Origin: Hoeflea sp. IMCC20628
GTDB lineage: Bacteria > Pseudomonadota > Alphaproteobacteria > Rhizobiales > Rhizobiaceae
Direction: 5' to 3'
DNA: 24,000 nucleotides
NCBI RefSeq assembly: GCF_001011155.1
Contig: NZ_CP011479.1
Coordinates: 4,079,662-4,103,661 of the forward strand
Made by a program: the position numbers and the translations under genes. This document shows positions 9,599-18,340 of this stretch, piece after piece; position 1 is the stretch's first letter, and the number at the start of each line of letters is the position of its first letter. Under the pieces are notes generated by a model. That model searched no databases. It saw only the letters and a program-made list of their open reading frames with translations, and was not told the DNA's origin.

Positions 9599-9845
9599 GG
9601 TCTACGGCGTCCAATCGATGGATGTCATGGGTTTCATATATCTTTTGTGGGCAGCGCTTTCAATAGACCCCATGAAAGCCACTTTCCGTCCCCTCAGCTC
9701 TTTCCCTTGAAGGCCTCATCCTTTATTCGGGCTTTATCCGGGAATGCCGCGACGGGTGGTTTCGCCGCGACACGGGCCTGTGCTAGCGTGCACAGCAGAA
9801 TTTGAAGCCGCGCGGTGAGGCGGCGAACGAGGAGATGCATTTTAC

Positions 9846-10361
9846 ATGGTCGACAGGCAATCGAGCTATTCATACGAAGAAATCCTGACCTGCGCGGAAG
9901 GCGAGCTTTTCGGGCCCGGCAATGCACAGCTGCCGCTGCCGCCGATGCTGATGGTGCACCGGATCACCGATATTTCGGAAACCGGCGGCGAATTCGACAA
10001 GGGCTATCTGCGCGCCGAATTCGACATCACCCCGGACCTCTGGTTCTTCCCCTGCCATTTCAAGGGCAATCCGGTAATGCCAGGCTGTCTCGGACTTGAC
10101 GGCATGTGGCAATTGACCGGGTTCTATCTCGGCTGGCTTGGCGAACAGGGCCGCGGCATGGCGCTGTCGACCGGCGAAGTGAAGTTCAAGGGCATGGTGA
10201 CGCCGGACGTCAAGAAGCTCGAATACGGCATCGATTTCAAGCGCGTCATGCGCGGTCGTCTGGTGCTCGGCATCGCCAATGGCTGGCTCAAGGCCGATGG
10301 CGAAACCATTTATAACGCGTCGGATTTGAAGGTCGGCCTTGCAAAAGACAAAACTGGCTGA
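9846..10361 (+). CDS. fabA: 3-hydroxydecanoyl-ACP dehydratase/isomerase
   Basis: 171 aa. [13 protein letters not shown] and the active-site region [24 protein letters not shown]. Confidence 0.95.
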   Translation: MVDRQSSYSYEEILTCAEGELFGPGNAQLPLPPMLMVHRITDISETGGEFDKGYLRAEFDITPDLWFFPCHFKGNPVMPGCLGLDGMWQLTGFYLGWLGEQGRGMALSTGEVKFKGMVTPDVKKLEYGIDFKRVMRGRLVLGIANGWLKADGETIYNASDLKVGLAKDKTG

Positions 10362-10433
10362 CACATCCGGAAACCGGGCGACCGCAACGGGCGTCAGGAC
10401 ACATCAGGACCCTCTACTCGAAAGGGCAGACAT

Positions 10434-11657
10434 ATGAGACGAGTCGTTGTGACAGGCATGGGGATTGTATCCTCGATCGGCAACACAGCCAGCGAAGTGA
10501 CCGACTCACTGCGCCAGGCCAGATCCGGCATCAGTTTCAGCCAGGATTTCGCCGACCATGGCTTCCGCAGCCAGGTCTGGGGCGCACCGACGCTGGACCC
10601 GACCGACATGGTCGACCGCCGCGCCATGCGTTTCCTGTCGCGCGGCGGCGCCTGGAACCATGTCGCCATGAAGCAGGCGATCGAGGATGCAGGGCTTGAA
10701 GAGGCCGAGATCAGCCACGAGCGCACCGGCATTGTCATGGGCTCGGGCGGACCGTCGACACGGACGCTGATCGATGCAGCCGACATCACCCGCAAGAACG
10801 GCAGCCCGAAGCGCATCGGCCCGTTCGCGGTGCCGAAAGCCATGTCCTCGACCGCATCGGCGACGCTTGCGACCTGGTTCAAGATCCACGGCGTCAATTA
10901 TTCGATCTCGTCGGCCTGCTCGACTTCGGCGCATTGCATCGGCAATGCGGCGGAGCTGATCCAGTGGGGCAAGCAGGACATGATGTTTGCCGGCGGTCAC
11001 GAAGACCTCGACTGGTCGATGTCGAACCTGTTTGACGCCATGGGCGCGATGAGCTCGAAATACAACGAGACCTCGCCGACCACGGCAAGCCGTGCCTATG
11101 ACATCACCCGCGACGGCTTTGTCATCGCCGGCGGTGCCGGCGTGGTGGTGCTGGAAGAGCTCGAGCACGCCAAGGCGCGCGGTGCCAAGATCTATGGCGA
11201 ACTGGCCGGCTATGGTGCGACGTCCGACGGTTACGACATGGTTGCCCCATCGGGCGAAGGTGCTATCCGCTGCATGCGGCAGGCGCTGGCTGACGTCAAA
11301 GGCCGTGTCGATTACATCAACACCCACGGCACCTCGACGCCGGTGGGCGATTCCAAGGAAATCGGCGCGATCCGCGAAGTGTTCGGCACCGACATGCCGC
11401 ATGTGCAGTCGACCAAATCGCTGACCGGGCATTCGCTCGGCGCCACCGGCGTGCAGGAGGCGATCTACTCGCTGTTGATGATGAAGGAAAACTTCATCGG
11501 CGAAAGCGCGCACATCACCGAGCTGGATCCGGAATTTGACGGCGTGCCGATCGTGCGCAAGCGCATCGATGACGCCAAGATTGACACCGTACTGTCGAAC
11601 TCCTTCGGCTTTGGCGGAACCAACGCGACGCTCGTGTTCCAGCGTTATAACGGGTGA
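10434..11657 (+). CDS. fabB: Beta-ketoacyl-ACP synthase I
   Basis: [17 protein letters not shown]. Active-site [30 protein letters not shown], and the C-terminal [14 protein letters not shown]. Lies between fabA and fabI. Confidence 0.95.
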   Translation: MRRVVVTGMGIVSSIGNTASEVTDSLRQARSGISFSQDFADHGFRSQVWGAPTLDPTDMVDRRAMRFLSRGGAWNHVAMKQAIEDAGLEEAEISHERTGIVMGSGGPSTRTLIDAADITRKNGSPKRIGPFAVPKAMSSTASATLATWFKIHGVNYSISSACSTSAHCIGNAAELIQWGKQDMMFAGGHEDLDWSMSNLFDAMGAMSSKYNETSPTTASRAYDITRDGFVIAGGAGVVVLEELEHAKARGAKIYGELAGYGATSDGYDMVAPSGEGAIRCMRQALADVKGRVDYINTHGTSTPVGDSKEIGAIREVFGTDMPHVQSTKSLTGHSLGATGVQEAIYSLLMMKENFIGESAHITELDPEFDGVPIVRKRIDDAKIDTVLSNSFGFGGTNATLVFQRYNG

Positions 11658-11662
11658 ACTCC

Positions 11663-12472
11663 ATGACCGGAATAATGCAGGGCAAGCGGGGCCTCATCAT
11701 GGGCGTCGCCAACAGCCATTCGATTGCCTGGGGCATCGCCAAGCAGCTTTCAGAGGCCGGCGCCGAACTGGCGTTCACCTATCAGGGCGAAGCTTTTGGG
11801 CGGCGGGTAAAACCACTGGCCGATTCGCTCGGCTCGACGCTGCTGCTGCCGTGCGATGTCGAGGATGTCAGCACCGTCGACGCAGTGTTTGACCGTTTGA
11901 AGGAAGAATGGGGCACGATCGACTTTGTCGTCCATGCCATCGGGTTTTCTGACAAGACCGAGCTCAAGGGCCGTTATGCCGATGTGACCACGCGGGCGAA
12001 TTTCTCCCGCACCATGGTTATCTCGGCCTATTCCTTCACCGAAGTGGCGCAACGCGCGGCCCCTCTGATGAGCGATGGCGGCTCCATCCTGACGCTGACC
12101 TATGGCGGCTCAATGCGGGTTATGCCGAACTACAATGTGATGGGCATCGCCAAGGCAGCGCTTGAAGCCATGGTGCGCTATCTGGCCGCCGATTACGGTC
12201 AGGACGGCATCCGCGTCAACGCCATCTCGGCAGGCCCGGTGCGGACGCTGGCGGGTGCCGGCATCGGCGACGCGCGCGCCATGTTCAGCTACCAGAAGAA
12301 GAACGCACCGCTCAGACGCACCGTCGACATCGACGACGTCGGCAAATCGGCGCTCTATCTGCTGTCCGACCTGTCGTCGGGCGTCACCGGCGAAATCCAC
12401 TACGTCGATTCCGGCTTCAATATCACCTCGATGCCGATCGTCGAGGAACTGACCAAAGCCGACACGGAATAA
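11663..12472 (+). CDS. fabI: Enoyl-ACP reductase (NADH)
   Basis: MTGIMQGKRGLIMGVANSHSIAWGIAK, plus the Tyr/Lys region MPNYNVMGIAKAALEA. The ORF track starts at a GTG at 11654 that overlaps the fabB stop as GTGA. The ATG at 11663 gives the usual N-terminus. Either start is possible. Confidence 0.93.
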   Translation: MTGIMQGKRGLIMGVANSHSIAWGIAKQLSEAGAELAFTYQGEAFGRRVKPLADSLGSTLLLPCDVEDVSTVDAVFDRLKEEWGTIDFVVHAIGFSDKTELKGRYADVTTRANFSRTMVISAYSFTEVAQRAAPLMSDGGSILTLTYGGSMRVMPNYNVMGIAKAALEAMVRYLAADYGQDGIRVNAISAGPVRTLAGAGIGDARAMFSYQKKNAPLRRTVDIDDVGKSALYLLSDLSSGVTGEIHYVDSGFNITSMPIVEELTKADTE

Positions 12473-12503
12473 CATTCAAGCCGCAAGGTTTGGTGGAAAC
12501 GGG

Positions 12504-12536
12504 AAGCCTCGGGCCGGATGGTTCGGGGCTTTTTTT
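12504..12536 (+). terminator. Rho-independent terminator after fabI
   Basis: Hairpin AAGCCTCGGG...TTCGGGGCTT at 12504-12531 with GU pairs, running into a T7 tract at 12530-12536. Confidence 0.65.
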
Positions 12537-12570
12537 GTGAACCGTCATCGGACGCGCGATGCAGACAGCG

Positions 12571-14097
12571 TCAGTTTATGACGGGATCCAGACCCATAAG
12601 GTAACTCAATGGCGCGTGATCATCGGTCAGGATCTGCGCGTTTTTCCGCTGAAGAATGGTGTCAACAAACCCGGTCTCCAGCACTTGGAAGCGGGTAACA
12701 TCCGGGGCCGCCGTCTCGATCGTCGATACAGGGCTGTCCTTTGCGCTGGCCAGCAGGACAAAAACCCGACGCTCACCCGGTCGGGGCGGATTTCCTACAG
12801 TCCAGACCTCGACGCTTGGAAAAACCTTGCGCAGAGTTGCAACGACTGCGGCCAGCGCATCGAGCCGGTCCATATTATCCAGGAGGTTCATGGCAAAGAC
12901 TCCACCTGAGGCCAGCCTGTCGGAAACCAGGGTAAAAAACTCCAGCGTCACCAGATGTTCAGGAACGGCAATATCGGTGAAGGCATCGCCGACGATGACA
13001 TCAAACCGTTGAGCGTTGTTGCGCAGCGCCAGCCGTGCGTCGCCGTGCAGGACCGAGGCGGTCTTGGGATCAAACCAGAAGCGGTTGACGGCCATAGCCG
13101 TCACTTCGGCGTCGATCTCGGCAATCGTTATGCCTGAAATCCCCCTATCCGCCCAGGCCCGAGGCACTGAGTAGGATCCCCCACCAATATGAAAAGACGT
13201 GAAATCCGTTCGCCCCATACGCATTCGAGGCAAAGCATCCAGCATTGCCGCGTGTTCGGTAAACATGACCCGAGGTGCATCTCGGGCGCTAATCCCATGC
13301 GCAAGATGATCGACGATCATCAGGTTGATCGGATCCTGCGAATTGTCCGAAACTGCCACCGTCCGGATGCAGTAATAGCTGCTTTCCCGGTCGCATACGG
13401 GCGGCAGACCAAAAGCACTAATTCCGATCAGAGAGACTATGCTGATGCCTGAGACAGAGGTAATGAACTCGCGACGTGACGCGCCGCCGAGCCAGAAGCA
13501 AACACCCGCAGCAATGAGATAGACCACGGCAATCACGAACAGGGTTGCCACCGAGCCTAGCCATGGGACAAACACAAAGCCCGCCAGGAGTGTCCCGGCA
13601 ATTGCGCCAATCGCTCCTGCCGCAAACATTGCACCGAGCGCACGCTCGGATTGGTCATTGTTGCGCATCGCGGCCACTGTCAAGACAGGTGCCGGCACAC
13701 CTGCGAAAAGTGAAGGCAGGAAGAATGCCAGCGTGCTGAGGGCCGTAATTGCAGCCAAAGGATGCTGGAGAGTTTCAAGAACAGGACTGGCGACAGCCCG
13801 TAGGAAAACCGTTGCCGCGGCAGTCGTGCAGGCGGCTGCGATCATGGTCCAGCCCGTAAACCGCAGAGCGCGGCCGGTCTGGAGCCCGGCGATCCTTCCG
13901 CCCCACCAGTGGCCGGCTGAAAAGCCTGCAAGCACCACCGCGATGATAGATGTCCAGGTGTAAAGGCTCATACCGACATAGGGCGCAATCATGCGCCCCG
14001 CGAGGATCTCGACAACAAGGCTCGACGCGGAAATGCCAGCCTGAAGGAAGATCAGCAACCAAAGCGGTATCAGCCTGGGGAGGGAGGGTTTTGTCAT
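12571..14097 (-). CDS. Fused polytopic membrane domain / spermidine-synthase-like (class I SAM-fold aminopropyltransferase-like) protein
   Basis: The N-terminal ~220 aa contain about 7 hydrophobic helices. The C-terminal domain has HIGGGSYSVP, AEIDAEV, HGDAR, and DVIVGDAFTD, resembling the SpeE GGGDG / EID / GDG / D-x-x-D layout. Confidence 0.85.
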   Translation of the reverse strand: MTKPSLPRLIPLWLLIFLQAGISASSLVVEILAGRMIAPYVGMSLYTWTSIIAVVLAGFSAGHWWGGRIAGLQTGRALRFTGWTMIAAACTTAAATVFLRAVASPVLETLQHPLAAITALSTLAFFLPSLFAGVPAPVLTVAAMRNNDQSERALGAMFAAGAIGAIAGTLLAGFVFVPWLGSVATLFVIAVVYLIAAGVCFWLGGASRREFITSVSGISIVSLIGISAFGLPPVCDRESSYYCIRTVAVSDNSQDPINLMIVDHLAHGISARDAPRVMFTEHAAMLDALPRMRMGRTDFTSFHIGGGSYSVPRAWADRGISGITIAEIDAEVTAMAVNRFWFDPKTASVLHGDARLALRNNAQRFDVIVGDAFTDIAVPEHLVTLEFFTLVSDRLASGGVFAMNLLDNMDRLDALAAVVATLRKVFPSVEVWTVGNPPRPGERRVFVLLASAKDSPVSTIETAAPDVTRFQVLETGFVDTILQRKNAQILTDDHAPLSYLMGLDPVIN

Positions 14098-14120
14098 CAG
14101 CAGACGAGTATCTCTACGCC

Positions 14121-14147
14121 GGAAAACCAGTCAAGTGGCCTTGACTG
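14121..14147 (-). terminator. Candidate weak terminator after the pqi operon, or an operator upstream of the 12571-14097 gene
   Basis: Perfect 8-bp inverted repeat CAGTCAAG-n4-CTTGACTG at 14128-14147. On the minus-strand transcript it is followed by GTTTTCC. Confidence 0.4.
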
Positions 14148-14271
14148 TCTCCCGGACAAAGAAGCTTCATCCACGTCATGCGCAAAGCTGTCATCTGTGT
14201 CGAGCGTAGAGACGGTCCTCCCGCCCAAGTTTTGAAGTCCGCCCCAATTCGCCGCCTCTCATTTCCCAGCC

Positions 14272-14841
14272 CTACTTCAGCCCCGTCCTGGCGATCTTTT
14301 CAGCCAGCTGTGACGTTGCCGCGCTGCGGGCGGTGGCGATCTGGATCGGGGTGGGTTTTGCCGGCAGGGGTACCGAGATCGAGAACTGGCCGGAGCGGTC
14401 GGCCTTGGCATTCTCGGGGGCTACGAAGAACTGGCCGGCAATCCTGAAGGCACCGTCAGACGTCGCCAGCATTTCCTCGATGCGGACATCGACCCTGGCC
14501 TCGGCACGGCCGCGGAATGGCCATGGCTCGGGCACCACCCTCGCGCCGGTGATGGCTCCCATGTCGCGCGCCAGCTTCAAGGTGATCGCCCGCGCAGGAT
14601 TGTCGGCCCATAGCGGCCCGAGCTCGGTGATCGCACCGTCTGCGCCTTGCGTGAAAATCTGCTCGGAAGCCGCATAGACCGGCAAGGTGACCTCGACCAC
14701 TTCCACGGTCTCATAGCGGGAACTGATCCGCGCGGAGGGTTCGATCTGCTCGCTGGCGTAGCGGATATCCTTGGTGGTGCAGGCGCTCAGCGCAACGGCC
14801 GAGAGCACAAGCATCAGCGTGGAGATATGGCGTTTTGGCAT
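14272..14841 (-). CDS. pqiC: PqiC/YmbA-like (DUF330, ABC-type transport auxiliary) lipoprotein
   Basis: Lipobox LVLSAVALSAC|TT. 189 aa. Starts 4 nt after the pqiB stop. Size and position match the PqiC component of Pqi systems. Confidence 0.82.
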   Translation of the reverse strand: MPKRHISTLMLVLSAVALSACTTKDIRYASEQIEPSARISSRYETVEVVEVTLPVYAASEQIFTQGADGAITELGPLWADNPARAITLKLARDMGAITGARVVPEPWPFRGRAEARVDVRIEEMLATSDGAFRIAGQFFVAPENAKADRSGQFSISVPLPAKPTPIQIATARSAATSQLAEKIARTGLK

Positions 14842-14845
14842 TGGT

Positions 14846-16948
14846 TTACCGTCCCAGAAGAAGCGAATTCGGGTTGCGTTCGATGGCGCGGGCCAGGCTT
14901 TCGATGGCGCGCGCGGCTGCGTCGATCTTGTTGATGGCGCCGCGGGTGTCGCGGCTGAACTCTGAATCGCCGGAATAGGCCTGCAGCGTCACACCGGCCT
15001 GACCTGCGACCTTGCGCAACTCGCCGGCAAGCTGCGGCAGCGTTGCCGAGGCTTCGGCGATGGCGTCAGCAGCCTCACGCGCCGAGGACAGCGTCGCATT
15101 GGCATTGTCGACAAGACCACCGTTCTGCAACTCATCCAGCGTCTGGCGCATGGCGGCGAGTGCGCCATTGAGTTCTGCGGGCAATTGCCGGGTCGAATCC
15201 TGATCGAGCAGCAGATTGGCTGCCTCGAGCAGGTTTGCAGCCCTGTCGGCGAGTTCGTTCAGCGGCACCTCGCCAGCGTTTTTCAGGATGCCGCGCGCCT
15301 CTTCGACCAGTTGCGGCAGGCCGTCAGCGGCGGTTGCGACAGCATCAACCGTCTCGGTCAGGCGTTCGATGGTCTTTTGGGTTTCGAGTTCGCGCATCAG
15401 CCGGTTGAGCGTCGCGCTGGTGGTCTTGAGTTCATCGAGAAGCCCGCCGATCTGCTCGGGCATGCCCTGGACACGCTGGCTTTCAGCCACGGTGCGGACA
15501 GCCGCCAGCAGGCCGGTGAGTTCGGCCGGTGCGGCTTGCAGTTCCTTGGAGCCGACCAGAGCGGTGGCATTGCCGAGAAAGGCGATCACCGACTGCATCA
15601 GTTCCTCGATCGGGAGATCGCTGACACGCTGCAGCACGCCCTGGGCGGTGGCCCCGACATCGGCGACATCAGCCGGTGCGGTGGGAATTGTCGGCAAGGG
15701 GGTGGCGGCACGGTCAAGTGTCGCCGGCTTGGCATCGGGCAGATCGGCGAGCTCGATCTTGAGGCCGCCGGTAAACAGCGATGCGTTGACAAGCCGGGCC
15801 CGCAAACCATCCTTGGTGCGGTCTTCGAGGTAATCCAGCAGCGCGTCTTCGCCGGCGCCCTCGCCCAGGCCGAGCCGGCCCGGATTGAGCCTCACCGAGG
15901 CGATGAGACGGACATAGCTGTCGCCGAAACGCTCCTTGTCGACCAGCCCATTGATGCCGGTGACATCGCCGACCCGCAAGCCGCCGAGTTCCACGGCCGC
16001 ACCTGTGGACAGTCCGGGCAGGTTCTGGTCGAACACCATGGCGACATCGACGGCCTTGCCTTCGTCTTCGATCAGGAATTCGTCGCGGGCCTCATCTTCG
16101 GACTTGAACAGATCATAGACCGTGCCCTCGGTCAGCGGCTCGCCACCCGATCCGATTGTCTCGAAGGTCACGCCGCCGGAAATCAGTGATGCGAGAGAGT
16201 TGAAATTGACCTTCGCGCCGGTGGCGCCGAGCGAAAAGCTGAAGCCTGAAATGTCCCAGAAGCGGGTCGATGTGGTGACGAAACCGGTCATCGGTTCATA
16301 GATCACCGCATCGGCGATTACCCCGGTGCCGTCCTTGTTGAACGAAGTCTCGCCAATCGCGCCAACCTCGACATCCTTGTAAAGGATCGGCGTACCGGCG
16401 CCCGGCAGGCCTTTGGTGGAGCGCAGCTTGAAGGTGATGCCTTCGCGGCCCAGACCGATCAGCGGCGCGTCGGCCAGCCCTTCGAATGTGGCTCTGGGGC
16501 TGGCAATGACATTGTCCCAGACACCCTGAATATAGACGCCCGAGAGCACCGTATCGAGGCCGGAAACGCCGCGGGCGCTGACTTCCGGACGTACGACCCA
16601 GAATTTTGCATCGGCATCAATGTAGCGGGCCAGATCCTTCTCGATGCGGATCGACACCACGACCTTCTCCAGATTGTCGCTGAAGCGGATCTGCTCGACC
16701 TTGCCGACGCTGAGGTCGCGATAGCGAAGCTGGGTCTCCTGCGCCTTGATCCCAGCGGCTTCGGTAAACGAAATCTCGATCAGCGGGCCGCGCTGATTGT
16801 AGCTTTGCCAGGCAGCCGCAAGCGCAATGCCGAGCGCTATGACCGGGATCGCCCAGATCAGCGACGCGCTGTCCCAAAAGGTTTTTTTTCCGGGCTTCAC
16901 CGGAACGTCGCCGGGCCTGCCGGAAGCGGGAGTATCGATATCGTTCAT
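14846..16948 (-). CDS. pqiB: PqiB-like intermembrane transport protein (three MCE/MlaD domains plus a long helical C-terminus)
   Basis: N-terminal TM helix IWAIPVIALGIALAAAW. Three MCE-like modules at about aa 55-145, 170-265 and 300-400. C-terminal ...AIERNPNSLLLGR. The start overlaps the upstream pqiA stop as ATGA. Confidence 0.92.
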   Translation of the reverse strand: MNDIDTPASGRPGDVPVKPGKKTFWDSASLIWAIPVIALGIALAAAWQSYNQRGPLIEISFTEAAGIKAQETQLRYRDLSVGKVEQIRFSDNLEKVVVSIRIEKDLARYIDADAKFWVVRPEVSARGVSGLDTVLSGVYIQGVWDNVIASPRATFEGLADAPLIGLGREGITFKLRSTKGLPGAGTPILYKDVEVGAIGETSFNKDGTGVIADAVIYEPMTGFVTTSTRFWDISGFSFSLGATGAKVNFNSLASLISGGVTFETIGSGGEPLTEGTVYDLFKSEDEARDEFLIEDEGKAVDVAMVFDQNLPGLSTGAAVELGGLRVGDVTGINGLVDKERFGDSYVRLIASVRLNPGRLGLGEGAGEDALLDYLEDRTKDGLRARLVNASLFTGGLKIELADLPDAKPATLDRAATPLPTIPTAPADVADVGATAQGVLQRVSDLPIEELMQSVIAFLGNATALVGSKELQAAPAELTGLLAAVRTVAESQRVQGMPEQIGGLLDELKTTSATLNRLMRELETQKTIERLTETVDAVATAADGLPQLVEEARGILKNAGEVPLNELADRAANLLEAANLLLDQDSTRQLPAELNGALAAMRQTLDELQNGGLVDNANATLSSAREAADAIAEASATLPQLAGELRKVAGQAGVTLQAYSGDSEFSRDTRGAINKIDAAARAIESLARAIERNPNSLLLGR

Positions 16949-17595
16949 CCGGTCGTGTCGCTTTCTTGAAGAGGTTCGTCCCAGATGAGACGGGTATCGA
17001 AGGACTGTGCGGACAGCATGGTGAAGACAACCGACAGCGCAAAGGTCAACGCCGCCGGTCCGGGATGAATGGATGCGACAACGGACAATTGCACAAGCGA
17101 GCTGAGAATTGCCACGACGAACACGTCGATCATCGACCAGCGGCCGATGAACTCGACCACCTCATAAAGATGGTGGCGGCGGCCGGACGACATCTTCGTG
17201 CCCCTGCGCACAGAGATTGCCAGATAGGCAATGGCCATGAATTTCCCCACCGGGATCAGCACGCTGGCCACAAGGATGATACCCGCGACACCGAATGAGC
17301 CGTGCTGCAGCAGTTCCACCGCGCCACCGACAATGGTACTCTCCGAGTGCTGCAACAAAGTCTGGGTCACCAGCATCGGATAGATATTGGCCGGAACATA
17401 GCAGATCAGTCCCGCCAGCCACAGCGCCCAGACCTTTTGGAGACTGTGGGTGTCGCGCGATTGCAGATGACTGCCGCAGCGTTCGCATTGCACGGTTCCA
17501 GCCGGCCAGACCCGCGCACAATGGCGACAGGCAACCAAACCAGCCGCGCGTGCGGTCAATCCTGTTGATGTTCCAGTGATTTCCATACCGACCAT
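16945..17595 (-). CDS. pqiA: PqiA-family integral membrane protein (second half-size paralogue)
   Basis: Zinc-ribbon-like CRHCARVW...CERCGSHL, followed by multiple TM helices. An alternative ATG lies at 17586. Overlaps both neighbouring genes. Confidence 0.85.
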   Translation of the reverse strand: MVGMEITGTSTGLTARAAGLVACRHCARVWPAGTVQCERCGSHLQSRDTHSLQKVWALWLAGLICYVPANIYPMLVTQTLLQHSESTIVGGAVELLQHGSFGVAGIILVASVLIPVGKFMAIAYLAISVRRGTKMSSGRRHHLYEVVEFIGRWSMIDVFVVAILSSLVQLSVVASIHPGPAALTFALSVVFTMLSAQSFDTRLIWDEPLQESDTTG

Positions 17596-18218
17596 GTACA
17601 GTAAAAGTTGTCGCTAACAAGGACTATGAACACGAAAGCCGTGAACATCCAGAACGCCGGCCCGAAGCCGATTGATGCCAAAGCGGCGACCTTGACCAGT
17701 GCAACCGCGCAGCCAATGGCAAAAATTTCGGCCATGGCCCAGGGCTTGAGCCGCTGCGACAGCCCGAATGCGGATTTCGCATACCGATAGGGAACGCGGT
17801 CCCGAACGATCGGAGTCAGCACATAGAGCACCAGCAACAGGCGTAACGCCGGGATCAGCACGACCATGGCGGCTGTCGCCACCGCCAGCAGTGCCATCAG
17901 GCCAGAGCGGAACGACAGCGCCGTGTCGAGAATGGAGGCCTGATTGGTGAAGCCGGAGACCTCGATGTTGAGAAACGGAAAGAACACCGCCGAAACGATC
18001 AGGATCAGCATGGCCACCGTCAGCGCGATGATCTTGAGGCCAGCCTTGCGGATCGGCGCAATCAGCACGGTGTGACAGCGCGCGCAGACCGCCTGCTCAC
18101 CGCTCGCGGGCACGTGGGCCGTGTAAAGCGCGTCGCAATGCGGACATGCAATCAGGTCTCCGAGGTGCACTGCACCGGGAAGAGCATTCCGGGGAAATTC
18201 TGCGTCGGTCTCTGCCAC
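17556..18218 (-). CDS. pqiA: PqiA-family integral membrane protein (first half-size paralogue)
   Basis: GTG start with AAAGGA upstream. CPHCDALY...CARCHTVL zinc-ribbon-like motif, followed by TM helices. Confidence 0.85.
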   Translation of the reverse strand: MAETDAEFPRNALPGAVHLGDLIACPHCDALYTAHVPASGEQAVCARCHTVLIAPIRKAGLKIIALTVAMLILIVSAVFFPFLNIEVSGFTNQASILDTALSFRSGLMALLAVATAAMVVLIPALRLLLVLYVLTPIVRDRVPYRYAKSAFGLSQRLKPWAMAEIFAIGCAVALVKVAALASIGFGPAFWMFTAFVFIVLVSDNFYCTWSVWKSLEHQQD

Positions 18219-18340
18219 TCAATCCAGTCCTTTCCCGGTGAGATGTTTCATGTAGCGACGATCATAGCGAAAAAGAGGCGAACACGGCCTGGGCACAAAG
18301 AAATGCCGGCACAGGCGATTCACCACCATGCAGCAAGCGA

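Noticed and set aside
9599-9845. A search for an Irr ICE box (TTTAGAA-n3-TTCTAAA), a Fur box or a RirA IRO motif in the irr/fabA intergenic region.
   Set aside because: No convincing match was found. There is only a weak 5-bp palindrome, GAAAG-cca-CTTTC, and an AGAATTTGAA fragment, so no regulator site is called.
12571-14097. Apparent lower GC of the spermidine-synthase-like gene as a sign of horizontal acquisition.
   Set aside because: Hand counts of three 60-nt samples gave 50%, 53% and 60%, against 57% for a pnp sample. The difference is too small and too poorly sampled to support a claim. There are no flanking tRNA, integrase or direct repeats.
15185-16189. A 334-aa + strand ORF and the overlapping 205-aa ORF at 15216-15833, both antisense to pqiB.
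   Set aside because: These are shadow ORFs opposite a confidently identified gene. They are Gly/Arg/Ala-rich and have neither a Shine-Dalgarno nor any motif. The same reasoning applies to 10506-11513 (antisense fabB), 8240-8980 and 8244-8831 (antisense ilvD), 5066-5833 (antisense dehydrogenase), 2466-3197 (antisense dnaN/recF), 19034-19957 (antisense yihY) and 33-671 (antisense dnaA).
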